A stretch of DNA of 64,000 nucleotides from Candidatus Wolfebacteria bacterium (GCA_002401345.1 NVSU01000001.1:68476-132475), one strand, 5' to 3'; positions 38,459-48,511 are shown, counted from the first letter of the stretch. The notes: generated from the letters alone by a model not told the origin. Made by a program: numbers and translations.

Positions 38459-38484
38459 ATCAATACAAACTACTACACTTTCTA

Positions 38485-39252
38485 CTACATGTAACTATTC
38501 TTTGTAAACACAAACTCATTACAACCTGTCATACCCTGAGTTTTTATAAATCTTTCTAATGTGAAACCATTATTTTCAAAAAAACTAACAATTTCTTTCT
38601 CGCTCGCATATTCATATGGATACCCACCTATCCAATCTATGACATCATAATAAAAATTCATTCCCCTTCTCTTTTTAAGAGGATTTTTAAATGTCGATAA
38701 GAATTTTGCAATGTAGATGATCACATAAAAAAAATAAATCATTATTTTTTTAAAAAATTTAGGCGACAGGTTGTATAGACGTTTTATTAACTTCCACAAT
38801 GGAGATGTCCAGTGTTTGTTATAAATAGCAATAACAAAGGTTCCATCATTTGTAACTAATTTCATGACGTTTTTTATTGCGCCGTACATGTTTCCTGTGT
38901 GATGAAGCACTCCCCATGAATACACAATGTCAAATGTTCCAAATTGAGTATATCCTTCCTCCAAAATTGATTGTCTATAAAACTCAATATCCTTTACTCC
39001 AATTTTTTGAGCATTCGCTCGTGCTGCATCAACACTCTCAGGTGATATATCAAATCCAATTACTTTTTTTGCGCCCAGATCTTTTGCTGCAAGAGAAAAA
39101 AGTCCACTACCAGAGCCGACATCCAAAAATGTCTTATTTCGAATATTTGTTTCTCCAATCAACTCTCTCAGTGAGTCTTTTGCATCTACAAATCTCTTCG
39201 AATCTAACGCATTCTCTGAAAATTTTTGCCAATTTTTACCAAAGTTAAACAT
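38485..39252 (-). CDS. Class I SAM-dependent methyltransferase
   Basis: FLDVGSGSGLFSLAA, FDIVYSWGVLHH, TNDGTFVIAIY. Confidence 0.7.
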   Translation of the reverse strand: MFNFGKNWQKFSENALDSKRFVDAKDSLRELIGETNIRNKTFLDVGSGSGLFSLAAKDLGAKKVIGFDISPESVDAARANAQKIGVKDIEFYRQSILEEGYTQFGTFDIVYSWGVLHHTGNMYGAIKNVMKLVTNDGTFVIAIYNKHWTSPLWKLIKRLYNLSPKFFKKIMIYFFYVIIYIAKFLSTFKNPLKKRRGMNFYYDVIDWIGGYPYEYASEKEIVSFFENNGFTLERFIKTQGMTGCNEFVFTKNSYM

Positions 39253-39261
39253 GATAGATAT

Positions 39262-41133
39262 TTAATTAAAATATTTCTTATACCAAAGATTAAGTGCCAT
39301 TAATGTCCAGAGTTTTTTTGAATTGTCTTTACCTCGAATATGGTCACTCAGTAACTTTTCGATTTTATCTTTCTTTATTATCTGTAATACGAGACCACTA
39401 GTATCTAATACCTTCTCTTTTACATAGTCCCTCAATTCATTTCTAAACCAATACACAATGGGTATGCCGAATCCTTGTTTTTTTCTATATAAAATAGATT
39501 TTGGCAAGTATTTCTGCAACATTTTCTTAAAGATTTTCTTACCCTCATTTATATCAGTTTTATGTGTCCATGGAATCTGTGCGACAGTACTCACAAAATC
39601 AAAATCGAGCATCGGAGCTCTAACTTCAAGTGAATTTTTCATGCTCGCCATATCAACCTTGACATTAATGTCATCGGGAATATAGCTGTTAAAATCAAGA
39701 TACAATATCTTATTAACATCATTTATTTTTTTGTTATGTAGGATTTTTTGAAACGTATTCTTACTCAAAACAAGTTTTTTCTTAAAGTCCTCTCTATAAC
39801 ATTCTTCTTTAGTACGTTCATCAAAATATGTCGTGTAATTAAAATGTCGCGTCGCACTGTCTTTATTTACTGTTCTTATAAAGATAGAGAGTTTGTCGAG
39901 GAAGTCTACCGACAATACTTTACTGGCATATTCAATAATCCCCAATAAGGGATGGAGTACTTGAATAAACCTTCCATATCTTTGAACAAAGACATGTCGC
40001 CTATGCTTATCATAGCCACCAAAATTTTCATCTCCACCGTCTCCAGAGAGAGCCACTGTTACATGTTCTTTTGTTAATTTCGACAAAATAAACGTCGGCA
40101 ATTGAGAGCTATCAGCATATGGTTCTTCAAACTGATGTATGAGACCTTCAATATGCTCAAGTAAATCTTGCGATTGTACTTTAAATTCTTTATGGTCGGT
40201 ATTATACAGCTTCGCAACCTCTCTCGCATACACACTTTCATCAAATCCCTCTTCATCAAAAGAAATAGAGAATGTTTTAAGTTTCTTGGTATAACGACTT
40301 GCAAATGCGACAATGGCGCTACTGTCCACCCCACCTGAAAGAAATGCTCCTAAGGGTACGTCTGAAATCATCCTTCTTTTTACTGACTCTTTAAGTTTAT
40401 CTTCAATAATTGACATCCACTTCTGCTTAGATACATTGAGTTTTTCAGAATATTCTAAATCAAAATACTGATTTAGAAAAAAGTTATTTGTCTTTAAATT
40501 TAAAATAAAATAATGACCTTGTGGCAGTTTATAGATATTCTTAAAACCGGTTTTAGGCGCAGGTACATACTGAAGAGTAAAATATTCATCAATTGCTTCA
40601 AAATCAATTTCTCTTTTAATGTCATGCTCTAAAATTGCTTTTAATTCTGAACTAAAAATAAATTTATTTTTATCTCTATAATATTTAAGTGGTTTTTGAC
40701 CAAATCTATCACGGGCTCCGAATAATATTTTTCGTTGCACATCGTATATCACAAATGCAAACATTCCATTAAAGTCCTGTACGCAACTAATTCCTTTATC
40801 CAAATACGCTGCAGCTAACACTTCTGTATCAGTACTTGAGGTAAATGTATATCCCTTCTTCTCTAATTCTTTGCGCATTTCTTTGAAATTATAGAGTTCT
40901 CCATTATATGTGACTACGACTCTCTTACCTTTATGCACATAAATCATAGGCTGATGGCCTTTTTGAGATAAATCGACAATAGACAATCGAACATGCCCAA
41001 GACCAACATTTTCATCTAAAAAAACACCCTGATCATCGGGTCCGCGATAAGAGATTTTTTCATTCATTGCTCTAATCTCCTTGTCGCTTATTTTTTCACT
41101 ATTCAATTTAACAATTCCATTTATTCCACACAT
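39262..41133 (-). CDS. asnB: Asparagine synthase (glutamine-hydrolysing) family amidotransferase
   Basis: MCGINGIV N-terminal nucleophile. SGGVDSS PP-loop. The start is set at MCG (41133) rather than the ORF extension. Confidence 0.85.
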   Translation of the reverse strand: MCGINGIVKLNSEKISDKEIRAMNEKISYRGPDDQGVFLDENVGLGHVRLSIVDLSQKGHQPMIYVHKGKRVVVTYNGELYNFKEMRKELEKKGYTFTSSTDTEVLAAAYLDKGISCVQDFNGMFAFVIYDVQRKILFGARDRFGQKPLKYYRDKNKFIFSSELKAILEHDIKREIDFEAIDEYFTLQYVPAPKTGFKNIYKLPQGHYFILNLKTNNFFLNQYFDLEYSEKLNVSKQKWMSIIEDKLKESVKRRMISDVPLGAFLSGGVDSSAIVAFASRYTKKLKTFSISFDEEGFDESVYAREVAKLYNTDHKEFKVQSQDLLEHIEGLIHQFEEPYADSSQLPTFILSKLTKEHVTVALSGDGGDENFGGYDKHRRHVFVQRYGRFIQVLHPLLGIIEYASKVLSVDFLDKLSIFIRTVNKDSATRHFNYTTYFDERTKEECYREDFKKKLVLSKNTFQKILHNKKINDVNKILYLDFNSYIPDDINVKVDMASMKNSLEVRAPMLDFDFVSTVAQIPWTHKTDINEGKKIFKKMLQKYLPKSILYRKKQGFGIPIVYWFRNELRDYVKEKVLDTSGLVLQIIKKDKIEKLLSDHIRGKDNSKKLWTLMALNLWYKKYFN

Positions 41134-41177
41134 AACAAATTTTGAGCGAAGCAATTACAAAATGGCAATCTAAACAT

Positions 41178-41217
41178 AAAAAAAGTCGCAATTGCAAAAT
41201 AATCACAATTACGACGC
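41178..41217 (-). ncRNA. Conserved leader hairpin+U-tract element (family copy f)
   Basis: Minus strand: GUCGUAAUUG-ugauuauuuug-CAAUUGCGAC-UUUUUUU. 10-bp stem with one G-U pair. Confidence 0.4.
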
Positions 41218-41251
41218 ACCCTCACCTTAGCAAGTATCTATTTGATAAGCA

Positions 41252-41280
41252 AATGCAGAAGGTTAAACCTTCTGCATTAA
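41252..41280 (-). terminator. Intrinsic terminator (ATGCAGAAGG-ttta-ACCTTCTGCAT)
   Basis: Perfect hairpin with a T-run. It lies downstream of 41299..42045. Confidence 0.65.
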
Positions 41281-41298
41281 TTTTATTTATTCTTTATT

Positions 41299-42045
41299 TT
41301 AGCCAAATGCCGCAACAACACGGTCTACTTCTTTTTGTATCTCCGGATCTTCAGGAGCACTACCCCACCAACCAGTATATATCATGACATTTTCCATTTC
41401 CTTTCCTTGGGTATTTTCTCTTCTTACAGTAAATAATGAAATGCGACTAAAGCCTCCAATTCCCCAACTGCTTGGTAGTGGAGAATGTTTCATTAAAAAC
41501 TGCAAATCACCTTTTTTAATCCCAAAAAAATCAGCACCTTCAGAATCAAGGTATGTTTCTATTCCGAAGACCTCAAAACCCATTTCTTCAGCCAGATCGG
41601 AGCGCTTATTTTTGAATTCAGATTCAAAAAATATCTTTTTAGCTAAACCTATTCGGTATTGCTCTATTGATCCGACTTTGTTTTTTAGGTCCTTAATTTC
41701 CTCCTGATTTTCACTCTCTCCTTCTATTTCCAAAGCTATAATTTCATCAGACAATTCTCTTTCTGTTTTAACTTTTTCCAAATATTCTTCATCTATTTTA
41801 GCTTTTGGAAAAACATCTTCTATTGTTTTAATTCCTATTTCTTTTACGAGACCAACCCTCTCATTAAGACCACCGTTCATCTCATCTCTATACCTAGTAA
41901 CTTCTTCTTGGTATTCAGCAATATTGTTTAGAGGATCATGACCAAGATGCCATTTCTTATACCTCTTAGTGATTTCAATAGCTTTTTCCAGAGCTTTTTC
42001 ATAAAGCTTCTCAGGGCTTTGTTCTGATGATGATAAATTTTCCAT
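41299..42045 (-). CDS. Hypothetical acidic protein
   Basis: 248 aa with no recognisable motif. Confidence 0.4.
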   Translation of the reverse strand: MENLSSSEQSPEKLYEKALEKAIEITKRYKKWHLGHDPLNNIAEYQEEVTRYRDEMNGGLNERVGLVKEIGIKTIEDVFPKAKIDEEYLEKVKTERELSDEIIALEIEGESENQEEIKDLKNKVGSIEQYRIGLAKKIFFESEFKNKRSDLAEEMGFEVFGIETYLDSEGADFFGIKKGDLQFLMKHSPLPSSWGIGGFSRISLFTVRRENTQGKEMENVMIYTGWWGSAPEDPEIQKEVDRVVAAFG

Positions 42046-42170
42046 GATATTTATTTTTTAATTAAATTACCAATACTTCCATTCTTATTTCACTCTAACT
42101 TATCATATGCTAAAAAGTCAAGGGCTTCGAATCCATAAAAATCAGATTTCTACAGGAATATTTATCTTAT

Positions 42171-43334
42171 TCATTGAATACATTGAGATTTGTATATACG
42201 CATATAATCACGAGCTGCTCTTTTCCAACTCATCTGCTCAGCTTTTTTTCTACTATTTTTCTTCATTGTATCTAATAGTGTTTTGTCTCTATATAATCTC
42301 TGTAAACTCTCGACAATATCTCTATTCTTTCCTTTTCTTACGATAAAACCATTATTTTCTATCAATTCTTTTGTTCCTCCGACATTAGTTGTCACAATCG
42401 CCAGCCCAGAACTCATCGCTTCTAAAAGTGAGTTGCTCATTCCTTCATTAAGTGACGACAGAACAAATACATCTGCTTGTGTATAGTACTCACTCATCTT
42501 GTCATGTGATATTGCCCCCACAAATCTTACTCTTCTTTCAATACCAGCGCGTCTCACCTCTTCTTCGAGCCTTTCTTTTAAATCACCATCCCCTACAAGC
42601 ACTAATCTGCTTTTCTTATTTTTTTTATTAAAATCAATGAATGCCTGAATTAAATGAGTAATTCCTTTTCTTTTAATGAGTCGAGACGTTGAGAGTATTG
42701 TGAATACACCATGTGTCTGTGTACCCACTTTAAACTCTTGAGTATCAATTCCATTATGAATCACGTCAATGTCTTGCTGAGAGGAAGTGTGCTGTGCGAG
42801 CTCTTTTAATAATTTTGAATTCGCGATCACTGAATTAGAATTTTTCCAAATTTTTCTACTCAACCTCTTGAAAAAAAATGTATCAAGCCAAAAGAATCTT
42901 TTACTATAGAACGGAACATCACTTCCGCGCAGACTTACAATATATGGTAACCCCTCTTCCTGATTCACAGAACTTTTTAATGCGTGATAGGAAAGTTTCA
43001 TCGCAATAAAACCGCATGGGATTCCGAAAAATGCATGAATTAGATCGAATTGTTCGTTTTTTATTAATTTCCTACAAAACCAATAGGCTTTCCAACTGTA
43101 CACAAGTAAATCTTTCAAGCTCTGATAATGTATATTCCCACTTTTATTAACATCCAGGCGATAGATAGTGATGTGTGGCGCAAACATTTCTTTTGCATGT
43201 GCACCAACTGATGATGTTACCAGTGCAACTTCTATATCTTTTCTTTTAGAAAATTCACGCAATAAATAATATGTAGCATTTCCAGCTCCACCACCTAAGG
43301 GGGGAAATTCGTAATTGAGCATTAGTATCTTCAT
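42171..43334 (-). CDS. Glycosyltransferase family 1 (GT4)
   Basis: MKILMLNYEFPPLGGGAGNATYYL. C-terminal SLLEAMSSGLAIVTT. Confidence 0.75.
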   Translation of the reverse strand: MKILMLNYEFPPLGGGAGNATYYLLREFSKRKDIEVALVTSSVGAHAKEMFAPHITIYRLDVNKSGNIHYQSLKDLLVYSWKAYWFCRKLIKNEQFDLIHAFFGIPCGFIAMKLSYHALKSSVNQEEGLPYIVSLRGSDVPFYSKRFFWLDTFFFKRLSRKIWKNSNSVIANSKLLKELAQHTSSQQDIDVIHNGIDTQEFKVGTQTHGVFTILSTSRLIKRKGITHLIQAFIDFNKKNKKSRLVLVGDGDLKERLEEEVRRAGIERRVRFVGAISHDKMSEYYTQADVFVLSSLNEGMSNSLLEAMSSGLAIVTTNVGGTKELIENNGFIVRKGKNRDIVESLQRLYRDKTLLDTMKKNSRKKAEQMSWKRAARDYMRIYKSQCIQ

Positions 43335-43347
43335 AAATATTAATAAT

Positions 43348-43403
43348 CACAACATTCTCATATTCTCAAGAATGTGAGAATGTGAGAATGTTGTGAGAAT
43401 GTT
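43348..43403. promoter_or_regulatory. Operator-like palindrome plus tandem TGAGAATGT half-site repeats, immediately upstream of the GT4 gene start
   Basis: ACATTCTCATATTCT-caag-AATGTGAGAATGTGAGAATGTTGTGAGAATGTT. The same core is at 23060-23091. Confidence 0.5.
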
Positions 43404-43413
43404 TTTTAAAAAC

Positions 43414-43451
43414 AAAAAAAGTCGCAAAGCGAGTTAATCACTTTACGACGC
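43414..43451 (-). ncRNA. Conserved leader hairpin+U-tract element (family copy g) with compensatory substitutions
   Basis: Minus strand: GUCGUAAAG-ugauuaacucg-CUUUGCGAC-UUUUUUU. UAAUUG/CAAUUG are replaced by UAAAG/CUUUG and pairing is preserved. Confidence 0.4.
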
Positions 43452-43599
43452 ATATGTATTCTAGCAACTCAAACCCTGAAATGCAAAACTACGCCAGATT
43501 ACCCCTTAATCATTGACGTCTGTCCCATACCGAGATTGCCTCTGGTACTGGGGTCAATTGTTAAATGATTAAGGAGGAGCAAATAATTGAAAAATAAAA

Positions 43600-43632
43600 A
43601 AACCCGCGTTTTTTACAAAACGCGGGTGTATA
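43600..43632 (-). terminator. Intrinsic terminator (ACCCGCGTTTT-ttac-AAAACGCGGGT)
   Basis: Perfect hairpin. It lies downstream of 43654..44127. Confidence 0.65.
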
Positions 43633-43653
43633 AAAAGTATCTGACACATTTTT

Positions 43654-44127
43654 TTATTTTATAGGCTCAGGAACAGTTTCTTTATAAACTTTTTCAAGCA
43701 CAAGAAGCTGGCTATAAAAATCTATTAGTGTAAGTTTTGGTTTTGAACCGGGGAAAGCTTTACGACACCATTGATCGAAAATATCATCGGGGTCACCGCT
43801 GTCATAATCCCTATTAACAAATACATAGAGATGGTCATACACCGGTTCCACATATGGATTGTCGCGGAACTGAAATGTTGTATGGTCACCATCACTCAAA
43901 AGCAAAAAGGCTTTTACTGAATTACTAATATCAATTTCAAGTAGTCCAGGCACATCATCTTCATACGTATTTACTTGTACAACAACTGATAAACTTTCAA
44001 ACAATTCTTTCCATTTTAATAAATTGTTCCTAAGTTCTTCTCGCATTTTTTGAACCTTTGCAATGTTAAGTGACTTAAACTCTTGAGGTACCTTAGTACT
44101 CTTCAATAAATTGAGGAATTTTTCCAT
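43654..44127 (-). CDS. Hypothetical protein
   Basis: 157 aa with no motif recognised. Confidence 0.4.
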   Translation of the reverse strand: MEKFLNLLKSTKVPQEFKSLNIAKVQKMREELRNNLLKWKELFESLSVVVQVNTYEDDVPGLLEIDISNSVKAFLLLSDGDHTTFQFRDNPYVEPVYDHLYVFVNRDYDSGDPDDIFDQWCRKAFPGSKPKLTLIDFYSQLLVLEKVYKETVPEPIK

Positions 44128-44203
44128 AATTTATAGTTTTTTTAATTTAAAGGAGTTATTCTGATATGCATCTTATCATATATGTCATATTTTGTCAATT
44201 TTT

Positions 44204-45169
44204 TTAGCGACTGAGGTTAGTGGTGTAATATCTTTTATACCAATTTAAAAAATTTTTGATCCCAGTTTCTATGTTAGTTTTTGGTTCAAATCCAAGTTTT
44301 TCCTTAGCTTTTTGTATATCTGCATAACTCTCTGGTACATCCCCAGCTTGCATAGGAAGATAATTTCTCTTTCCTTTCTTTCCCAATTCCTCCTCAATGC
44401 ACTGAATAAAATATTCCAATTCAACCGTAGTGCTGTTTCCAAGATTAAAGATTTCATATGGATATGACTTATCAAGACTTGCAACAACTCCCGACACAAT
44501 ATCATCAATATACGTGAAGTCTCTTTTCATTTTTCCAAAATTGAACACATTTATCGATTCTCCTTTTAGAATTGCATCTGCAAATAAAAATAGTGCCATA
44601 TCCGGCCTTCCCCATGGACCATACACAGTAAAAAATCTCAGCCCTGTGCAATTCATACCATAGAGATGATGATATGTATGAGCAATCAATTCATTTGCCT
44701 TTTTTGTTCCGGCATAGAGTGAAACAGGAGTATCAACTGGATCATCTTCTGAAAAAGGAACTTTTTTATTATTACCATACACAGAACTACTTGAGGCATA
44801 AATAAAATCTTTAACTCCTGCACACTTTGCTACATCAATTACATTAGTAAAGGCAACAATATTTGACTGAATATAGGCATGTGGGTGAGTCAGGCTATAT
44901 CGGACCCCTGCCTGCGCCGCCAAATGACAGACTTTATCTATTTTGCGATCGGCAAATACAGATCGGATAAAATCCAAATCAGACACATCACCGCGCAGTA
45001 ATGTAAAACAATTATATTCCTCAAGTATGGCATTTCGCGCCTCCTTTAATGATGGGTCATAATAATCATTAAAATTATCAATACCTATAACTGTGCTCCC
45101 TCTCTCAAGTAACGCTTTGCTCACATTAAACCCTATAAATCCTGCTGAACCTGTGACTAAAACTATCAT
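44204..45169 (-). CDS. NAD-dependent nucleotide-sugar epimerase/dehydratase (UDP-glucuronate/UDP-GlcNAc 4-epimerase-like)
   Basis: VLVTGSAGFIGFNV Rossmann motif. YASSSSVYG...YAGTKKA catalytic YxxxK. Confidence 0.85.
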   Translation of the reverse strand: MIVLVTGSAGFIGFNVSKALLERGSTVIGIDNFNDYYDPSLKEARNAILEEYNCFTLLRGDVSDLDFIRSVFADRKIDKVCHLAAQAGVRYSLTHPHAYIQSNIVAFTNVIDVAKCAGVKDFIYASSSSVYGNNKKVPFSEDDPVDTPVSLYAGTKKANELIAHTYHHLYGMNCTGLRFFTVYGPWGRPDMALFLFADAILKGESINVFNFGKMKRDFTYIDDIVSGVVASLDKSYPYEIFNLGNSTTVELEYFIQCIEEELGKKGKRNYLPMQAGDVPESYADIQKAKEKLGFEPKTNIETGIKNFLNWYKRYYTTNLSR

Positions 45170-46179
45170 ACTGTTGTATTGCTCATCATTAGTGAATCTT
45201 CTTGTCTATACACATGAACACCAGATGATGATTTATTGTTTTTGATAATATCTTTAATGTCATATACTGTGTCCCGTGTTGAAGAAAAATAACTTTTTGA
45301 AAGAATGTCTGCCAAAAGACCAAATACAAAAAACTGCACTCCTATTAGAAGGCCAAACATAAAAAGTTGAGTGAGAAATGTATTTGATAAATCTACTGCT
45401 CTAAATAACTTGTTATAAAGAGACCATCCACCCGCAGCAAAAGAGATCGCAATCAAAAATAATCCGATTCCACCAAATAAATGCAAAGGACGAGACGCAT
45501 ATTTCTTCCAAAACCATACTGAAACCATATCAAGTATGCCCTTTATGCCTCTCCTCCAGTTATATTTTGTTTTCCCAGCAATTCTTGGACGATGATTGAC
45601 TTTACACTCTCCTATTTTGAAACCTTTTATCTTTAAAAGTGCGGGGATAAAACGATGCATCTCTCCTACAAGATCAACATGATCAAAACACTCTTTTTTG
45701 TAAACCTTTAATGTACATCCACTGTCATGAATTCCATCGTTGATTAAAAACTTCCTTATTGACGCAGCACACCTAGATGCAATTTTTTTACCAAAGGGAT
45801 CTTTACGATTTTTCCGCCACCCAGACACTACATCATAATTACCTTTTTGAAGCACATTCAATAGTTTAGGAATATCACGAGGATCATTCTGTCTGTCACC
45901 ATCCATTGTCACTATAAGTTCCCCTTGTGCTTCTTTTATTCCAGCATCCAATGCCGCTGTCTGTCCAAAATTTTTTCTAAAGCTGATTATTTTAATAGGA
46001 CTCAATGTTTTTATTATCTCTAGAGTACGGTCTGTTGACCCATCATCGATAAAAATAATTTCACAGGATTTGTTCATTTTTTTGAACACCTCTGAAATCT
46101 CTTCAAAAAGAAGGTACGAATTTAGTTCCTCATTATATAGTGGAACTATTACTGATAGATTTATTTTAGGCTTTATCAT
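45166..46179 (-). CDS. GT2 polyprenol-phosphate glycosyltransferase (DPM1/ArnC/GtrB-like) with C-terminal TM helices
   Basis: LSVIVPLYNEE...IIFIDDGSTDRT...TMDGDRQNDP. Two C-terminal TM segments. Confidence 0.8.
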   Translation of the reverse strand: MIKPKINLSVIVPLYNEELNSYLLFEEISEVFKKMNKSCEIIFIDDGSTDRTLEIIKTLSPIKIISFRKNFGQTAALDAGIKEAQGELIVTMDGDRQNDPRDIPKLLNVLQKGNYDVVSGWRKNRKDPFGKKIASRCAASIRKFLINDGIHDSGCTLKVYKKECFDHVDLVGEMHRFIPALLKIKGFKIGECKVNHRPRIAGKTKYNWRRGIKGILDMVSVWFWKKYASRPLHLFGGIGLFLIAISFAAGGWSLYNKLFRAVDLSNTFLTQLFMFGLLIGVQFFVFGLLADILSKSYFSSTRDTVYDIKDIIKNNKSSSGVHVYRQEDSLMMSNTTV

Positions 46180-46193
46180 AAAAATTGGGCAAA

Positions 46194-46230
46194 TAAAAAA
46201 CGCCGCCTGTGGTGATCACAATTACGACGC
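46194..46230 (-). ncRNA. Conserved leader hairpin+U-tract element (family copy h), 20 nt upstream of the GT2 start
   Basis: Minus strand: GCGUCGUAAUUGUGAUCACCACAGGCGGCGUUUUUU. Hairpin with G-U pairs plus a U-run. Confidence 0.35.
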
Positions 46231-46372
46231 TTTTTATATGTAGTTAATCTTTATAGTATACTTCTTGATCTAAATAGCAAATGATGACCTGTTAAAAATA
46301 TGTGAATAATCCAAAATAACCAGCTGCAATATGGCTCTTGGTGAAGATAGTGTACTACTATTGTTTTTAAAT

Positions 46373-48511
46373 CTACTTAAATGCATTACCAACCGATGCG
46401 CTCAATTGAGTGAAATTTACTTGAAGTCGAGCAACAAGCTGTGAGACAAATTCTATTACACCTGCCTTATCATTTCTATTATTTTTTTCTTTTTTATTAT
46501 TTTTTTTGCTTTCCCCTTCTCCATCAGCTTGCGTGTTCTGTTCTTTACCCTCTTCGTTGGAGCTTGGGCGAAGCGAGTCTGATTCGTCATTTTGTATAGT
46601 TTCTTCGAATTCTGAAGAGGATTCTTTTCCTTTTCTTTGTCTTTCTTCTTTCAAATCCTCAATGTTATTTTTAAAATCTTTCAAACTTTTTTTTGTTGTT
46701 CTTGCAAGATCACTCGCCTTTATATACTCCCCCTCGTCAATATTTGTTTGGATCTTATCAAGAAGTGTTATCAATGGCATAAGTATATCTGAAGGAAGTT
46801 CAATGCCCTCTTGAGTTGCCGTAGTAATTATTTCATCCTTTTCACCTTCAAGTTCTTGTAGAAGTTCTTCTGCTTCAGTTTTATGTTTTATATTTTCTTC
46901 TTTTATTTTCTCAATAGTTTGCTTAACATCCTCTAAGCTCTCTTGAGATTTTTGTGCTAAAATTTCTGATTCCTTATACTCTCCGTCTTCAAATGCAGAT
47001 TGAGCTTGCAAGAGAAGCGTGTCAGGTTCAGTATATAATTCCTGAGAAAAATCGACTCCTTCTTGTGTCGCGTCATTAATTATCTTACTTCTCTCTTTTT
47101 CTGATCGAATAATTTGTTCTTCAGACTTTTGCTTCTGTTTCTTCAATTCTTCTGTAATAGTAGAAACTTCATTAAAAGAGTGTTCTGTAAGTCTCGAAAG
47201 GATTTTTGCTGAGTCAAAATCTCCAACTTCAAATGCTGTGTGAGTTTGATTAAGTAAGGTAGTTGAATCGCTAAACACATCATCTGGAAGTTTTATATTA
47301 TTTTTATTTACTTCAGCAAGTATATCTGGCTTTCGTGTTTCTAATTTTTCAATCAACTCCCCTGCTTCTTTCTGTTCATCTACGATATCACCCACTAGCT
47401 CATCAATAGTTTTTTGAGCGCTCACAAGGTTCTCTTTTGCATTTTGTGCAAGTCGCTCAGCCTCTTCGAAATTCTCTGTATCAAAAAAAGATTGTGATCG
47501 TAATAATTCGTCACTGAATTCATCGAGAGTAAATAATGGAAGCTCGATTCCTTTTTTGTTGAACGTATCTACTAATTTTTGTTTTTCATCCCTTGCATCT
47601 TTAATAAGCTTTTGAGCTCTGTGCTCAACTTTCATTTCTTTGGCAATAAGATTTCTATTGCTCTTTAATACTTCTTTAATTTCCTCTATCTCTCTCTCAA
47701 TCTGATCTTCGAGAAGTATAATACTGGAAAGCTCCCTCTCGAGCTCTTCGTCGTCATCGGCTTGAAGTACCAGTGTGATCTGATCCTGAACGGAGCGTTT
47801 CTTATTTTTGAGTGACTGTTTCTCCTCTGTGAGGATTTGTGTAAATAATATCTCCGAGTCTTCAATGGTATCATTTAATTCCTTTGCAAGAGTAGTGACA
47901 TCCTCCCCTTTTTTCTTTTTAGTAGAGACAAGGTCAACCGCATTATTAAGGTTTTGCTTGAGAAATCTTTTTGCAAGTCCTATTTCCTTCTCTCTGTTTG
48001 CTGTACCTTTCTCATTGATAATTTTTTCAATTTCTTTAATTCTCTCACCTGCAAATTCAACTTCAAGTTTAGCCTTGGTCTCAGGACTCGCACTAAATAC
48101 AACTCTTGTTCTCTCACCTAGTATTTTAACGGGATGAAAAATATCTCCTGGTAAACTTTCTCGTGACGTCAACGCACTTCTCACAGGTGTATCAGTCACT
48201 GAAATGAGACCAACACCCAATGAAACTTGTTTGAGAATTTCCTGAGATGGCAAAAAGATTTCCGAAAAAGATGGAATATTCACTCTACCTTCGTTCTGAA
48301 TATTCTCAGTGGATGGAACAAGTCCTGTATGAAGTGGGACTTGATCAATAATTTGTTGAGGTGGTTGAAAAAGATCTGTAAAAAAATTAGCAGAAACAAG
48401 CTGGGGTGCAAAAAAGAATGCCCCCACAAGAAATAGCGGTATTAAAAACCCAGGAACAGAAGTAAATATATTAGATTTTTTCACGGGTAAAATAGTATTA
48501 TTCATATGCAT
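46373..48511 (-). CDS. Secreted, highly charged coiled-coil protein with 4-5 internal repeats of about 55 aa
   Basis: Signal peptide (..LVGAFFFAPQLVSA). Repeats of the form (I/V)(E/D)(L/F)(P/S)xx(I/L)...LLxxxQ(T/S)xF(E/D)xG(D/E)(F/Y)xx(A/S)xxLA... Confidence 0.45.
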   Translation of the reverse strand: MHMNNTILPVKKSNIFTSVPGFLIPLFLVGAFFFAPQLVSANFFTDLFQPPQQIIDQVPLHTGLVPSTENIQNEGRVNIPSFSEIFLPSQEILKQVSLGVGLISVTDTPVRSALTSRESLPGDIFHPVKILGERTRVVFSASPETKAKLEVEFAGERIKEIEKIINEKGTANREKEIGLAKRFLKQNLNNAVDLVSTKKKKGEDVTTLAKELNDTIEDSEILFTQILTEEKQSLKNKKRSVQDQITLVLQADDDEELERELSSIILLEDQIEREIEEIKEVLKSNRNLIAKEMKVEHRAQKLIKDARDEKQKLVDTFNKKGIELPLFTLDEFSDELLRSQSFFDTENFEEAERLAQNAKENLVSAQKTIDELVGDIVDEQKEAGELIEKLETRKPDILAEVNKNNIKLPDDVFSDSTTLLNQTHTAFEVGDFDSAKILSRLTEHSFNEVSTITEELKKQKQKSEEQIIRSEKERSKIINDATQEGVDFSQELYTEPDTLLLQAQSAFEDGEYKESEILAQKSQESLEDVKQTIEKIKEENIKHKTEAEELLQELEGEKDEIITTATQEGIELPSDILMPLITLLDKIQTNIDEGEYIKASDLARTTKKSLKDFKNNIEDLKEERQRKGKESSSEFEETIQNDESDSLRPSSNEEGKEQNTQADGEGESKKNNKKEKNNRNDKAGVIEFVSQLVARLQVNFTQLSASVGNAFK

